Notes: generated by a model from the letters alone, not told the origin. Shown: positions 42,459 to 52,718, counted from the stretch's first letter. The stretch: DNA of 64,000 nucleotides from an uncultured bacterium (GCA_963777505.1 CAVZQN010000004.1:224001-288000), one strand, 5' to 3'. A program made the numbers and translations.

Positions 42459-43088
42459 TTAAGGTTGGCCCGTAGTGAAACGAAGCTGATAATCTTTAAG
42501 ACTGCAGCGGATCACTTCATGCGCTTCATCACGATCATATACATCAGCGATCTCAACTACATTTTGCGGAGAACCGGGCTGAAGTTTATAAGTCAGGAAG
42601 TAATGTTTTAAGCGATCAATCAAAGAGGCGGGACAGTCCTTAATCTTTCTCCATTCACCATAAATGCTATCGCCATCCAATACAGCGATAATTTTGTCAT
42701 CTGCTTGATTCTTGTCGATCATCCGCAAGCCGCCGATCGGAACAGCACGAAGAAGAATGTCACCATGTGTGAATGTTTTTTCGGACAACACACAAATATC
42801 CATTGGATCGCCGTCACCTACAATTCCAGTTTTGCCGGTCTTTGACATGCAGAAATTACCAACTTCCTGGCCGCAATACGTTTGTGGAATGAAACCATAC
42901 AACGACGGGCAAACGTTGGAGAAAAGCTGCGGACGATCCACCTTCAAAATGCCTGAGCTTTTGTCCAGCTCGTATTTTAGGGTATCAGTTTGAACAATCT
43001 CGATGTATGTGTTCACAGTGTCCGGCGCTGAATCGCCTGCCGAAACTCCATGCCATGGATGCGCTCGATGAAGTGAAGAAGGTTCCAT
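42459..43088 (-). CDS. ppa: Family I inorganic pyrophosphatase
   Basis: HPWHG, KYELDK, YGFIPQT, DGDPMD and ADDKIIAV. The ORF-track extension upstream of 43088 is REP sequence. Confidence 0.92.
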   Translation of the reverse strand: MEPSSLHRAHPWHGVSAGDSAPDTVNTYIEIVQTDTLKYELDKSSGILKVDRPQLFSNVCPSLYGFIPQTYCGQEVGNFCMSKTGKTGIVGDGDPMDICVLSEKTFTHGDILLRAVPIGGLRMIDKNQADDKIIAVLDGDSIYGEWRKIKDCPASLIDRLKHYFLTYKLQPGSPQNVVEIADVYDRDEAHEVIRCSLKDYQLRFTTGQP

Positions 43089-43138
43089 GAGTTCAAGTAT
43101 ATAGGGCGATTGCAAATTGTAAATTTCATAATTTTTGA

Positions 43139-43191
43139 TGCAGGCAGGGATGCCTGCGGCCCGTAATGCGGACAAGGATGTCCGCGCTCCG
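43139..43191. repeat. GGAGCGC-type REP doublet
   Basis: Its reverse complement is almost identical to 57874-57925. Confidence 0.75.
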
Positions 43192-43202
43192 TAAAGTAAG
43201 AG

Positions 43203-45158
43203 TTAGCATTTTAGGAGCCAGAGGAATCCCGCTTTAAACATATCTGAGCGCATCATAATGAAGAGATCGTAAATCAAAGTCAGAGCAAATGCTGCATAAA
43301 TCAGAATATTTATTTTACCTGACTGCAAGCGGGCGGGTCTTAGACCCGCCGCCCCTACGCGAGTTGCACTCAGAAGACCAAGACAAAGGAATGATTCATA
43401 ACTCAGGCGCTCAACATTCGAAACATCAATCCATACTTTTTCGTACGATAGTGACAGCGCAAGAAAGACATAAATAGCGCCTATCAGGCCAAGTGTATTT
43501 TTGGTTCGTAAGTACGTATATAGACAGACGCCCATCACAATCACAAGAAGGATTGGCAATCGGAATGCCTGAAGTTCAATTCCTTCGGTGTATGTTCCTG
43601 CGAAGAGCTTGCTGTACATTTGAACAATGCCGGCAAATGGTAATCCGGTAGTTTCCGGTTCCATGAAAAATGCTTTCCATCCATCCACATGATAAAGAGC
43701 AATCGCTATGTAACTGCGCCACGCTATATAAGGAAGAAGTGATGCTGCAAGAATAAACGCAGACTTACGTGTGCTTGTTTTTAGTTCGAAAGCCGCTAAC
43801 ACCAGAACGAACAAAATTGCACTCTCACGCGTAAGAATTGCCATTGAAAAGAAGGTTGCAGCAAGCACGTACCGTTTTGTTAAAGTCAGATAGAACCCGG
43901 CTGCAAGAAATCCTGCAGCGAGCGGTTCAGGTGTTGCGACAGATAGCGAAAGCCAGAATGCAGGAATCAGGAGGCATGTAAGGCCTTCCCAACCGTTCAA
44001 GCCGTTATAGATCGCAATCTTTGAAACGAAAAAGGCGCATAAAGCAGCGCCTGCGATAGTCAGTAACACCATTGCAACTGGATAGTTGAAAGGGTTATTG
44101 ACTGATACTAACTTCGTTAAAACGGGAAACGCAATTCGGCGATATCGAAATGCAGGAGCGTCAATTGGCCGCTGACTCGGATTCGAAGTGATTTGATAGT
44201 GCCTGACAAGCGGGTCGAATGCGATGAAATAAAAAAATTGACCATCATAGCCATTCGAGTCTTCTTTAATCAGCTCTCTTCGAATTTCAGGACGCTCAAA
44301 TAGAATACTGTTTCTTCCAAGAAATTTCTTTGAGATATGAAGGAATCCGCTGAAGTTGCCTTCATACTCATCCAGCTTGACTAACATTCCCCCGGTGAAG
44401 ATTAGACCCACAATCAAAGCAACAATTGCAGGTTTGAATTTCGGAGTTTTACGAATTCTATGCCAGACAATAATCCAAAAGGGAAGGAATGAAATGATCC
44501 AGAGTTTGAAAAAGGTTGAGCTGGAAATCAAAATCTTCTTATTACTGAGATATGGAACAACAAACAATGCTGTAGAAATGAGCATCACAACAATCGCAGG
44601 AACCAATAACTTCTTTGAAAAGTTGGTAGAAAACAACTGAATCGATATCAATAGGGTAGCGAGAAATATTAGAGCCAGGTGAAGAGCTTTAAACTTTGTG
44701 TAATTGTGAAATGCAGGCTCAATAAGAACAGCTTTTAGCCACACAGAAGAGAATCCGAAAACGTTTCGTACTTCTACTGTTTGAAGTTGCCAGTCAGCAT
44801 TCTTTCCTACAATCGTGAGTCTGCATTGCGAACACTTCGCAGTTTCAGGGATCGGTCCAAAATATTTGAAAGTCTCGTCTTTCTCGATGGTAAAGGCTGC
44901 GATTCCGATACCATTTTGACGAACAAAGAAAGCTTGTTTTTTGCCGGAATTGTTTTTGATTCGCAATGCCAAAATTCTTGCATCTTCTGGTCTTGGATTG
45001 GCGTACTGCAATACGGCAATACCATTGTTTGCCGGAGGCGAGGGCCGGGGGAGAAGCTTGAAGCGCAATTTTTCTATATGAGTGTAGACGTACTGATCTG
45101 CAATCAAGCAAGCAATCGCGCCAAATAATAGACTCAGGATCGTGACTCGGAGTTTCAT
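43203..45158 (-). CDS. Polytopic membrane protein, GT-C-like / AZOBR_p60025-like cell-surface glycopolymer formation family
   Basis: GYDGQFFYFIAFDP and FRYRRIAFP motifs, TPEPLA, LTRES and many TM helices. Confidence 0.6.
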   Translation of the reverse strand: MKLRVTILSLLFGAIACLIADQYVYTHIEKLRFKLLPRPSPPANNGIAVLQYANPRPEDARILALRIKNNSGKKQAFFVRQNGIGIAAFTIEKDETFKYFGPIPETAKCSQCRLTIVGKNADWQLQTVEVRNVFGFSSVWLKAVLIEPAFHNYTKFKALHLALIFLATLLISIQLFSTNFSKKLLVPAIVVMLISTALFVVPYLSNKKILISSSTFFKLWIISFLPFWIIVWHRIRKTPKFKPAIVALIVGLIFTGGMLVKLDEYEGNFSGFLHISKKFLGRNSILFERPEIRRELIKEDSNGYDGQFFYFIAFDPLVRHYQITSNPSQRPIDAPAFRYRRIAFPVLTKLVSVNNPFNYPVAMVLLTIAGAALCAFFVSKIAIYNGLNGWEGLTCLLIPAFWLSLSVATPEPLAAGFLAAGFYLTLTKRYVLAATFFSMAILTRESAILFVLVLAAFELKTSTRKSAFILAASLLPYIAWRSYIAIALYHVDGWKAFFMEPETTGLPFAGIVQMYSKLFAGTYTEGIELQAFRLPILLVIVMGVCLYTYLRTKNTLGLIGAIYVFLALSLSYEKVWIDVSNVERLSYESFLCLGLLSATRVGAAGLRPARLQSGKINILIYAAFALTLIYDLFIMMRSDMFKAGFLWLLKC

Positions 45159-45299
45159 TGTCACAACATTATCGTAGTGATCTGTTCGTTTCTAATTTAT
45201 TGTATTAACTAAAGGAATATAGGCTTTCTGATTTCAGTTTGCAGATTGGAATCTTCGTGACTCTGCGGTTAGAGATCGTGTCGTGTTGAAGCGAGAGTG

Positions 45300-45647
45300 T
45301 TAAGAGTTAGCTCTGGCAGCTGTATAGCCTTTGTAGCTTAAGATCAGAACAAGAATGGAAACAACGGCAAGCGCCCCTTGATACGTCCAGTGAGGATCAT
45401 TGAAATAAAATAAAGAATTAGAATACATCTGAAAGTGGAAATAGATCAGAACTGGAATACTCAGCAGGAACGCTTTATGCGGTGCCCTGAAATGAAGAAG
45501 CCCCACTACAATTAAGATGAGGCCTAATCCGGCAGTAGTTTTGGCAGCGAAAGGTGCAAGTTGACCGGGGTGCAGGATCTCATTTACACCAAGTGCTAAT
45601 GAGGCTCCCCCCAAAAGAATCAAAATAATGCCCGCTACGGCTGACAT
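45300..45647 (-). CDS. Small hypothetical membrane protein (about 4 TM)
   Basis: Hydrophobic ORF from ATG 45647. The upstream extension is heptamer-repeat translation. Confidence 0.6.
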   Translation of the reverse strand: MSAVAGIILILLGGASLALGVNEILHPGQLAPFAAKTTAGLGLILIVVGLLHFRAPHKAFLLSIPVLIYFHFQMYSNSLFYFNDPHWTYQGALAVVSILVLILSYKGYTAARANS

Positions 45648-45656
45648 GCTTTTATA

Positions 45657-45722
45657 AGGATACAGGATACAGGATGCAGGATACAAGATGCCGTATCACG
45701 CATCGCGCATCCCGCATCTCGC
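45657..45722. repeat. Heptamer tandem repeats forming a hairpin
   Basis: (AGGATAC)x4-like array followed by complementary (CGCATCN)x4. Confidence 0.7.
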
Positions 45723-45740
45723 GTTTATAATTACAGTTTC

Positions 45741-46763
45741 ATGAAATTAGAAGATTCCCGTTTTCTGAAAGCTTGCCGCAAAGAGAAAGTTGATCGAACG
45801 CCGATCTGGTTGATGAGACAAGCCGGAAGATATATGTCTGAGTATCGGGCTCTGCGCGAGAAACATAGTTTGCTCACACTGTGTAAGACACCAGAGCTTG
45901 CAGCTCAGGTTACATTGCAGCCAATTCAACGTTTCCAGTTTGATGCAGCTATTATTTTTGCCGACATTCTTCTGCCGATCGAACCGATGGGGTTGCAACT
46001 TGAGTTTGCGAAGGGTGAAGGACCTGTCATTCACAATCCAGTAACAACCCAAGAGGATGTAAGCACGCTTGAAATATTCCATCCGCAAGAGAAGCTTCGA
46101 TTTGTTGCAGAGGCAATTCAAATTGTCACTCGCGAATTGAATGGCAAAATTCCGTTAATCGGATTTGCCGGAGCTCCCTTTACGCTTGCAAGTTACATGA
46201 TTGAAGGCGGATATTCGCGTCATTTTTTGAAGACACGAAAGTTCATGCTGTCTAATCCTGACGCATGGAAAAATTTGATGGAAAAGATTACGTCTGTCAC
46301 AGTGGAATATTTACAGATGCAGGTAGAAGCAGGTGCTTCAGCAGTGCAATTGTTTGATAGCTGGGTTGGGGCATTAGGTCCGGAAGATTATCGTAAATTT
46401 GTGATGCCGTATTCGCAAAAAATCTTTCAAAGTATTTCAGTTCCTTCGATTCATTTTTCAACTGGAACGTCAGGGTATCTGGATCTGATTGCACAAGCAG
46501 GTGGAAGCGTCATCAGCATAGACTGGCGAATTCCGCTCGATCGTGCATGGAGTTTTTTTTCAGACCGGGCCATTCAAGGGAATCTTGATCCATCGATACT
46601 GCTGGCTCCATCGCCGGCCGTACTCGATGGCGCTCGCGAAATCCTCACAAAAGCCGGCGGACGCAATGGTCATATCTTTAATCTTGGACATGGTGTCTTT
46701 CCAGAAACACCAATTGAAAATGTTGAGAAGTTAGTTGAAGAAGTACATGGTTTCACAACGTGA
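45741..46763 (+). CDS. hemE: Uroporphyrinogen decarboxylase
   Basis: PIWLMRQAGRY, IIFADIL, GFAGAPFTLASY, QLFDSW and IFNLGHG. Confidence 0.97.
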   Translation: MKLEDSRFLKACRKEKVDRTPIWLMRQAGRYMSEYRALREKHSLLTLCKTPELAAQVTLQPIQRFQFDAAIIFADILLPIEPMGLQLEFAKGEGPVIHNPVTTQEDVSTLEIFHPQEKLRFVAEAIQIVTRELNGKIPLIGFAGAPFTLASYMIEGGYSRHFLKTRKFMLSNPDAWKNLMEKITSVTVEYLQMQVEAGASAVQLFDSWVGALGPEDYRKFVMPYSQKIFQSISVPSIHFSTGTSGYLDLIAQAGGSVISIDWRIPLDRAWSFFSDRAIQGNLDPSILLAPSPAVLDGAREILTKAGGRNGHIFNLGHGVFPETPIENVEKLVEEVHGFTT

Positions 46764-46783
46764 AACAAGTTTCATAAGGTGAA

Positions 46784-47665
46784 ATGAAAGCAATATTGTT
46801 GATGGCGCACGGTGCGCCTATGACTCTTGATGATGTAGAGCCGTACGTGCTGAACATCCGTCATGGCCGGCCATTGGAACCTGACCGCATGAAGGAAATT
46901 CAGGATCGTTACAAAATTGTAGGCGGATCTCCACTTTTAGAATTGACGTTTAATCAAGCCGCAGCTTTGCAAAATAAATTAGGCGATGCAGCGAAAGTAT
47001 ATACAGGTATGCGTCATTCTCCGCCTTTTATTGCTGACACGATTTCAAAAATGGGATCTGAAGGGGTTACATCAATCATCGCTATTTGTATGACACCGCA
47101 ATTTTCACAAATGACAATTGGCGCGTATGAAGAGGCTTTGCAAAAAGGAATTTCTGAAACAGGAAGTTCGATCAGTTACGAGCTTGTTAAATCATTTGCA
47201 AGACGTCCTGGCCTAATCCGTGCATTTGCAGCGCGTATTCAAAAAAGCCTTTCCAGTCATCCAGCTTCATTTGTAATCTTTACAGCTCACAGTCTTCCGG
47301 AAAAAATCTTACAACAAGGTGATCCGTATGATTATGAAGTGAAAGAGACCGCAAGACTTGTCGCACAGGAGTTATCGCTATCAGATTGGCGCTTTGCGTA
47401 TCAAAGCCAGGGAATGACTTCAGATAAGTGGCTTGGGCCTGCAGTGGAATCTCGGATCGAAGAACTTCATGCGAAAGGTGTGCGTGAGATTTTGATCGCA
47501 CCAATCGGATTCGTTTGCGATAATGTCGAAATTTTATATGACATTGATGTGATGTTCCGCAAGTATGCGCAAGAGCGCGAGATGATTCTGCATCGTGCTG
47601 CCTCGCTGAATGATTCATCTGACTTGATTCATTTGCTTCACGAACTCGTACGCGAGCGGCTGTGA
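46784..47665 (+). CDS. hemH: Ferrochelatase (Firmicute-like coproporphyrin/protoporphyrin type)
   Basis: YKIVGGSPL, FTAHSLP, GDPY, YQSQG..KWLGP and GFVCDNVEILYDID. Confidence 0.93.
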   Translation: MKAILLMAHGAPMTLDDVEPYVLNIRHGRPLEPDRMKEIQDRYKIVGGSPLLELTFNQAAALQNKLGDAAKVYTGMRHSPPFIADTISKMGSEGVTSIIAICMTPQFSQMTIGAYEEALQKGISETGSSISYELVKSFARRPGLIRAFAARIQKSLSSHPASFVIFTAHSLPEKILQQGDPYDYEVKETARLVAQELSLSDWRFAYQSQGMTSDKWLGPAVESRIEELHAKGVREILIAPIGFVCDNVEILYDIDVMFRKYAQEREMILHRAASLNDSSDLIHLLHELVRERL

Positions 47666-48981
47666 CTTCAGTCGCGATTCTGGGAGCTGGCATCTCAGGA
47701 CTCTCCACTGCTTTTTATCTCAATCGCCAGAATAAGAATTTTCAGATTACAGTTTTTGATAAGAATCAGACTCCTGGTGGTGTCGTTAAAACCGAACAAA
47801 TCGACGGTTTCGTTCTGGAAGCGGGCCCGGATTCATTCTTAACTCAAAAACATGCCGGATTTGAAGTTGCTGCAGATCTCGGTTTAAGCAATGAATTGAT
47901 GGGCTCTCGTGATGAGCTTCGAAAAACTTTCATCTTTCATGAAGGAAAACTGAAGTTACTGCCTGAAGGAATGTTTCTAATGGTTCCTGCAGCACCTCTA
48001 GCGTTTCTGAGGTCGGAGTTGATTTCATGGTACGGAAAATTTTCAGCATTGAAGGATTTATTCACACTGCCTGACAGATCAGATCTCAGCGTGGCTGATT
48101 GGGTTGAAAAAAGGTTTGGAACTGAGGTACTTCATCAAATTGCAGATCCACTTTTGGCAGGAATCTACGGCAGCGATAGCAATCAGTTAAGCGTTGTGAG
48201 TGCTCTTCCGCAGATTTGGGAACTTCAAAAGCGAGGGAGTGTCATTTTGCAATCGATGAATCGGAGAAAGGAACTGGCAAAGCAGAGTCTGTTTACAACC
48301 TACAAAAGAGGTATGCAAACTTTGATCGATGCATTCATGCATGAGTTGCAAGGTCATCAGTTTCATTTTGGGTCTGAAGTCGATCGGGTTGAAAAGAGAA
48401 ATGGAAAATGGTGGATCAATGATCAAGGGTATGATGTGGTCGTTCTTTCATCATCCTCAGTTCCGAAGCTTGTTTCGCAATATGGAGAAGAAATTCGAGA
48501 GCGTGTGAATGCTGTTAAGAAAAATTCTGCAATCGTGATTCTTCTTGCGTTTAAGAGCATTGAGCGAAAAGGATTTGGCTGGCTGGTTCCGGCTACGGAG
48601 CGGAAATTTGCGCTTGCCTGTACATACATCAGCAATAAATTTGCAAATAGATGCCCGCCGAATCATTTGCTGTTGCGTGTTTTTGTGGGAGGTTCACAAG
48701 CAGAAAAATGGCTTGAAGAGCCGGATGATGACCTCATCGAAAAAGCTTTATGGGATTTGAAACGGATCGCAAAAATTGATGATGTGCCTGTTCTTTCCAG
48801 AGTTTATCGATGGCGTTCGGCGATGCCAGAATATGCTGTCGGTCATCAGCAACGGATTGCAGCCATCAAAAATCTCGCTAAACTCGAAGGATCATTATTA
48901 ATTGCAAATAATCTGATGCGCGGAGTTGGTATTCCGGATTGCATCGTTCAAGCGAAAGAAATTTCTGAGTCTTTGCGGTAA
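47662..48981 (+). CDS. hemG: FAD-dependent (copro/proto)porphyrinogen oxidase, HemY type
   Basis: GAGISGL, EAGPDSFL, MPEYAVGH and GVGIPDCI; GTGA overlap with hemH. Confidence 0.92.
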   Translation: MTSVAILGAGISGLSTAFYLNRQNKNFQITVFDKNQTPGGVVKTEQIDGFVLEAGPDSFLTQKHAGFEVAADLGLSNELMGSRDELRKTFIFHEGKLKLLPEGMFLMVPAAPLAFLRSELISWYGKFSALKDLFTLPDRSDLSVADWVEKRFGTEVLHQIADPLLAGIYGSDSNQLSVVSALPQIWELQKRGSVILQSMNRRKELAKQSLFTTYKRGMQTLIDAFMHELQGHQFHFGSEVDRVEKRNGKWWINDQGYDVVVLSSSSVPKLVSQYGEEIRERVNAVKKNSAIVILLAFKSIERKGFGWLVPATERKFALACTYISNKFANRCPPNHLLLRVFVGGSQAEKWLEEPDDDLIEKALWDLKRIAKIDDVPVLSRVYRWRSAMPEYAVGHQQRIAAIKNLAKLEGSLLIANNLMRGVGIPDCIVQAKEISESLR

Positions 48982-49027
48982 AAAATCTCTGTGCCTTTAC
49001 GGTAGAATCTCTGAGTCTTTGCGGTAA
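48963..49027. repeat. Three tandem copies of the CTCTGTGCCTCTGCGGT-like motif
   Basis: TCTGAGTCTTTGCGGTAA twice, with a degenerate copy between; the first copy supplies the hemG stop. Confidence 0.7.
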
Positions 49028-49029
49028 TT

Positions 49030-50835
49030 ATGTCCTACGAAAAAGAATTACGAACTGTACTAGATATTGTGCAAGAAGCAGGCGAACTGCTTCGCCGTGA
49101 GTTTCATCGTTGGGGCGGACCGCGCGGACATTCTGGTCATGCAGAAGTTGATGAAGAGGCCGAGTGGTTGATCCGGAAGCGATTGCTCTCCGAATTTCCC
49201 AACTACAGATATCGCGGTGAAGAAACTGGCTCTGTTGCGACTCAAGATCCGCATGTTTGGCTTGTGGATCCAAACGATGGGACATCGGCCTACTTGCGCG
49301 GTGCAAGAGGCAGCGCAGTTTCCGTTGCATTGGTCCGTGCCGGGATTCCTGTTTTAGGTGTTGTCTATGCTTTTGTTGCACCCGATGATCGCGGGGATCT
49401 GATTTATTGGGCAGAAGGATTTGAACTGGCCCGCAATGGTGAGCCGATCAAACCAAACTGGAATGCTCCACGTAAATCGCAGACTGTGCTTTTGGTTTCG
49501 ATGCACAGAGAAAACATGATTCCGGAATTGTTGGAGTGTATTCATCCGTATCGTTACATTGCATCGCCAAGTATTGCGTATCGACTTGCATTGGCAGCGG
49601 CAGGTGATAGTGCTGCTGCAGTCTCCTGGCACAATCCGGGCGATTGGGATTTCGCAGGTGGTCATGCGCTCCTTCGCGGAGCGGGTGGTGTTTTTTGGGA
49701 CGATAGAGGCCAGGAAATTTCGTACAGTCCCGATGGTGAAAGCAAAGCGCAGCGATGTTTTGGTGGTGATGTTCGTGTAGTTCGTGATCTCCTAAAACTA
49801 AAATGGGAGAGATTGCAAACTGCACATACGCGAAACACAATCATAAAGCCGCGCACTTTATACATGTTCAGCAGACCGAAGGCTGGTAAAGCACTCTGGA
49901 ATCCAGGATTGCTTTCGCGCGCACAAGGTTGTCTTTTTGGACAATGCACCGGGGATGCATTGGGACAGCAAGTAGAATTTCTTGACCCTCAAACAATACG
50001 TTCAAAATTTCCAGAAGGACTGCGAACGATGGATGATGGCGGCACGTGGAATTCTCTCGCAGGACAAATTACAGATGATTCCGAAATGGCACTACTGCTT
50101 GCGCGGACCATTATTCAGGAAGAGCGATATGATGCAGAAAAAGTTGCGCAAGCATATCAATACTGGTTTCATGAAACATCTCCGTTTGATGTAGGCAACA
50201 CAATCGGCGCAGCATTGCGGAATACACCTAATCCAGAAAGCCAGGCGAATGGCTCGCTCATGCGGATTAGTCCGCTCGGTATCTATGGTTACAGAATGTC
50301 GATTGAACGGCTGTGGTATTTGGCTTGTCTTGAAAGTGTCCTAACGCATCCCAATCCGGTTTGTCAGCAAGCTTGCGCGCTTTTTGTTTGTGCTATTGCG
50401 AATGCAATCGAATCGGGAAGAACTCCGCAAGAGATATACGAGTTTGCACTAAACCTCGCAACTCAACAGAATGTTGAGGCCGTTTTATTAAACGCTTTGC
50501 AGAATGCTCAAACGAACGTTCCGGAAGTGACTTCTCAGCAAGGGTGGGTGATCAACGCATTTCAAAATGCGTTTTATCAGCTTCTACATTGCTCCTCAGC
50601 GGAAGAGGCAATCATCAACACAACTGCATTAGGCGGCGATACAGATACAAATGCGGCTATCGCGGGCGCACTTTGTGGTTCTGTTTTCGGCCGTGAATCA
50701 ATTCCATTTTTCTGGCGGCAAATGGTCCTGAGTTGCCGTCCGCATCCAATGGTTGGTTCACAGCATGCACGTCCATTGTGTTTATGGCCGTCTGATATTC
50801 CAATGCTCGCAGAACGACTATTGCTCTGTGGATAA
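49030..50835 (+). CDS. Fusion of an inositol monophosphatase-family phosphatase and an ADP-ribosylglycohydrolase
   Basis: N-terminal GEE, WLVDPNDGT and WDFAGG; C-terminal GDALG, ITDDSEM, ANGSLMR and GGDTDT. Confidence 0.88.
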   Translation: MSYEKELRTVLDIVQEAGELLRREFHRWGGPRGHSGHAEVDEEAEWLIRKRLLSEFPNYRYRGEETGSVATQDPHVWLVDPNDGTSAYLRGARGSAVSVALVRAGIPVLGVVYAFVAPDDRGDLIYWAEGFELARNGEPIKPNWNAPRKSQTVLLVSMHRENMIPELLECIHPYRYIASPSIAYRLALAAAGDSAAAVSWHNPGDWDFAGGHALLRGAGGVFWDDRGQEISYSPDGESKAQRCFGGDVRVVRDLLKLKWERLQTAHTRNTIIKPRTLYMFSRPKAGKALWNPGLLSRAQGCLFGQCTGDALGQQVEFLDPQTIRSKFPEGLRTMDDGGTWNSLAGQITDDSEMALLLARTIIQEERYDAEKVAQAYQYWFHETSPFDVGNTIGAALRNTPNPESQANGSLMRISPLGIYGYRMSIERLWYLACLESVLTHPNPVCQQACALFVCAIANAIESGRTPQEIYEFALNLATQQNVEAVLLNALQNAQTNVPEVTSQQGWVINAFQNAFYQLLHCSSAEEAIINTTALGGDTDTNAAIAGALCGSVFGRESIPFFWRQMVLSCRPHPMVGSQHARPLCLWPSDIPMLAERLLLCG

Positions 50836-50839
50836 TCTA

Positions 50840-50970
50840 TTTGTAGTTAGGCACGCTCCCGAGCGAATGCGAGGCAGCGCCGTAAAAAGACTCATAAGCA
50901 TTGCTCAATTCGACGACCGCGCAGATCCACGGCACTGTCGCCTTCGGCGATTGCGTGCCTTACTACAAAC
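50840..50970. repeat. REPIN-like dyad of the GTAGTAAGGCAC family
   Basis: TTTGTAGTTAGGCACGC... and the inverted ...GCGTGCCTTACTACAAA. Confidence 0.75.
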
Positions 50971-51035
50971 CTAACAAAAGATAGGGACACATCCAAGAGT
51001 GATGAAGTAAAATCAGTTAGAAATGAGGATTCAAT

Positions 51036-52673
51036 ATGCGAAATAAATCTTTTCTCTGGATGTGCTTTTCTCTAGTTTTTTCTTTTTGTTGCAGCGAGTA
51101 TGCTCTTACACAATCTGATCCGCATGCTGGATGTGCAGCACCACCAAGTTATATTCCTGGGGATCTACTTCAGCGCGAAGCTCCCCTCCGAACAGGGACT
51201 GGCAATTCGCACGATACGATCACAACTTCATCGAAAGAAGCACAAGCATTTTATGATCAAGGTGTGAACTATCTGGATGCGTATGTATGGATTGAAGCAT
51301 CTCGATCGTTTCATCAAGCATTACGTCATGATCCTTCTTTAGCGATGGCCTATCTTGGATTGAGTTATGTGAATTCGGGGATAGAAAATGCTGATGCTGC
51401 AAAAGAATTTCTGGAGAAAGCAAAATCATTTGCATCCAATGTGAGCGATTATGAAAAGCGTCGAATTGAAATTCGTGAGAAACAACTGGCAGCATTGGAT
51501 AGTATTGAAGATGTCTCAAAACATCTCGCATATAAAAAAGCGATCGATGATGCATTGGCAAAACATCTTGCGAGTCCGCATCTCTGGATTCAACGTGGAA
51601 ATGCTGAAGAATCCACTGCCGCAGGCAGGGGACAGCGTGGCACTGCAGCCTCTGTCGCTTTTTATCAAATGGCTCTTCGTTTGGAACCAGAAAATGGTGC
51701 AGCCCATCATTTCTTAATACACAGTTATGAAACGATCGGCGATATTGAGAAAGCCTTGGTACATGGTGAAACTTGGGCGCGTCTTGCACCCGCAATTCCA
51801 CATGCTGCGCATATGTGGGGACATGATCTGAGACGCGTTGGCCGTGTAGATGAAGCAATTGTTCAATTTCAGAAAACGGATGCTCTGGAGCGTGCTTATT
51901 ACAAATCCGAAAACATAGATTCAAGTTTTGATTGGCATCATGGTCATAATCTTGATCTTCTTGCGACGTGTTATGAACACAAAGGCCAAATTCATTCCGC
52001 AGAAAAGTTGGCCCGTGAAGCTTCCAATACTCCTGCACTGGATGCGTATTCTGCATTTCGGCACAGAGAACTGCCAAGTTTTCTAATCCGCCGCGAACGA
52101 TATCAGGAAGCTGTTGATGCAGCGCGAATTATGACGCAATCAAAACATCCACAGGCACGAACTGCAGGTTATGCTCTTGCCGGCCAGGCTCTCATTGGAC
52201 TTGGAAAAATTCAAGAAGCAGAACAAGCGTTCGATCAAGCACGTAAGGAACTTGAGTCGATTCCTCGCGTTACGCCAGGCGTTATTCCCAACCGCGCGAT
52301 TGTTCAGCCATGGGTTGATGCTTTGCAAGGTGAACTGCTTTTAAAGAAAGGCAATGTCGAAGAAGGCCGCAAAATTTTGAAAGATGTACAGCGTGCGCTG
52401 CGAGCCACTCCAGGTCCGGATGCATGGATTCAAACACTTTTTCGACTTGAATCCATCGCACGTTCAGCAAGAGATTCCAATGATTGGGATCTTGCTGAAT
52501 ACACCGCTCTCCAAATGCTTGAGCATGATGAAGCGTATGGCGGAAGTCATCTAGCAATGGCGCTGGTGTTGGAAAAGAAAGGCGATGCGCAAGGTGCCGC
52601 CCGTGAGTTTCAGGCGGCCAAGCGATACTGGCAACAAGCCGACCCCGAAATCGTAAAACTAACAAAGAATTAA
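51036..52673 (+). CDS. Secreted TPR-like protein with His-rich motifs
   Basis: Signal peptide; EAQAFYDQG, HHFLIH, PHAAHMWGH and WHHGHN. Confidence 0.7.
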   Translation: MRNKSFLWMCFSLVFSFCCSEYALTQSDPHAGCAAPPSYIPGDLLQREAPLRTGTGNSHDTITTSSKEAQAFYDQGVNYLDAYVWIEASRSFHQALRHDPSLAMAYLGLSYVNSGIENADAAKEFLEKAKSFASNVSDYEKRRIEIREKQLAALDSIEDVSKHLAYKKAIDDALAKHLASPHLWIQRGNAEESTAAGRGQRGTAASVAFYQMALRLEPENGAAHHFLIHSYETIGDIEKALVHGETWARLAPAIPHAAHMWGHDLRRVGRVDEAIVQFQKTDALERAYYKSENIDSSFDWHHGHNLDLLATCYEHKGQIHSAEKLAREASNTPALDAYSAFRHRELPSFLIRRERYQEAVDAARIMTQSKHPQARTAGYALAGQALIGLGKIQEAEQAFDQARKELESIPRVTPGVIPNRAIVQPWVDALQGELLLKKGNVEEGRKILKDVQRALRATPGPDAWIQTLFRLESIARSARDSNDWDLAEYTALQMLEHDEAYGGSHLAMALVLEKKGDAQGAAREFQAAKRYWQQADPEIVKLTKN

Positions 52674-52718
52674 CCGCCTTGGCGTCTTGGCGGTTGAGCT
52701 TCTGAGCTACAATAAGCT

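Noticed and set aside
43089-43175. N-terminal extension of ppa in the ORF track
   Set aside because: It is translation of REP and promoter sequence; similarity to PPase starts near ATG 43088.
48963-49027. Possible mini-CRISPR (18-bp direct repeats)
   Set aside because: Only 2-3 short copies, the spacer is itself a degenerate copy, and there are no cas genes. It belongs to the dispersed motif family.
51220-52077. 285-aa antisense ORF, and the many other short overlapping ORFs
   Set aside because: These are shadow frames of well-supported genes with no motifs or RBS.
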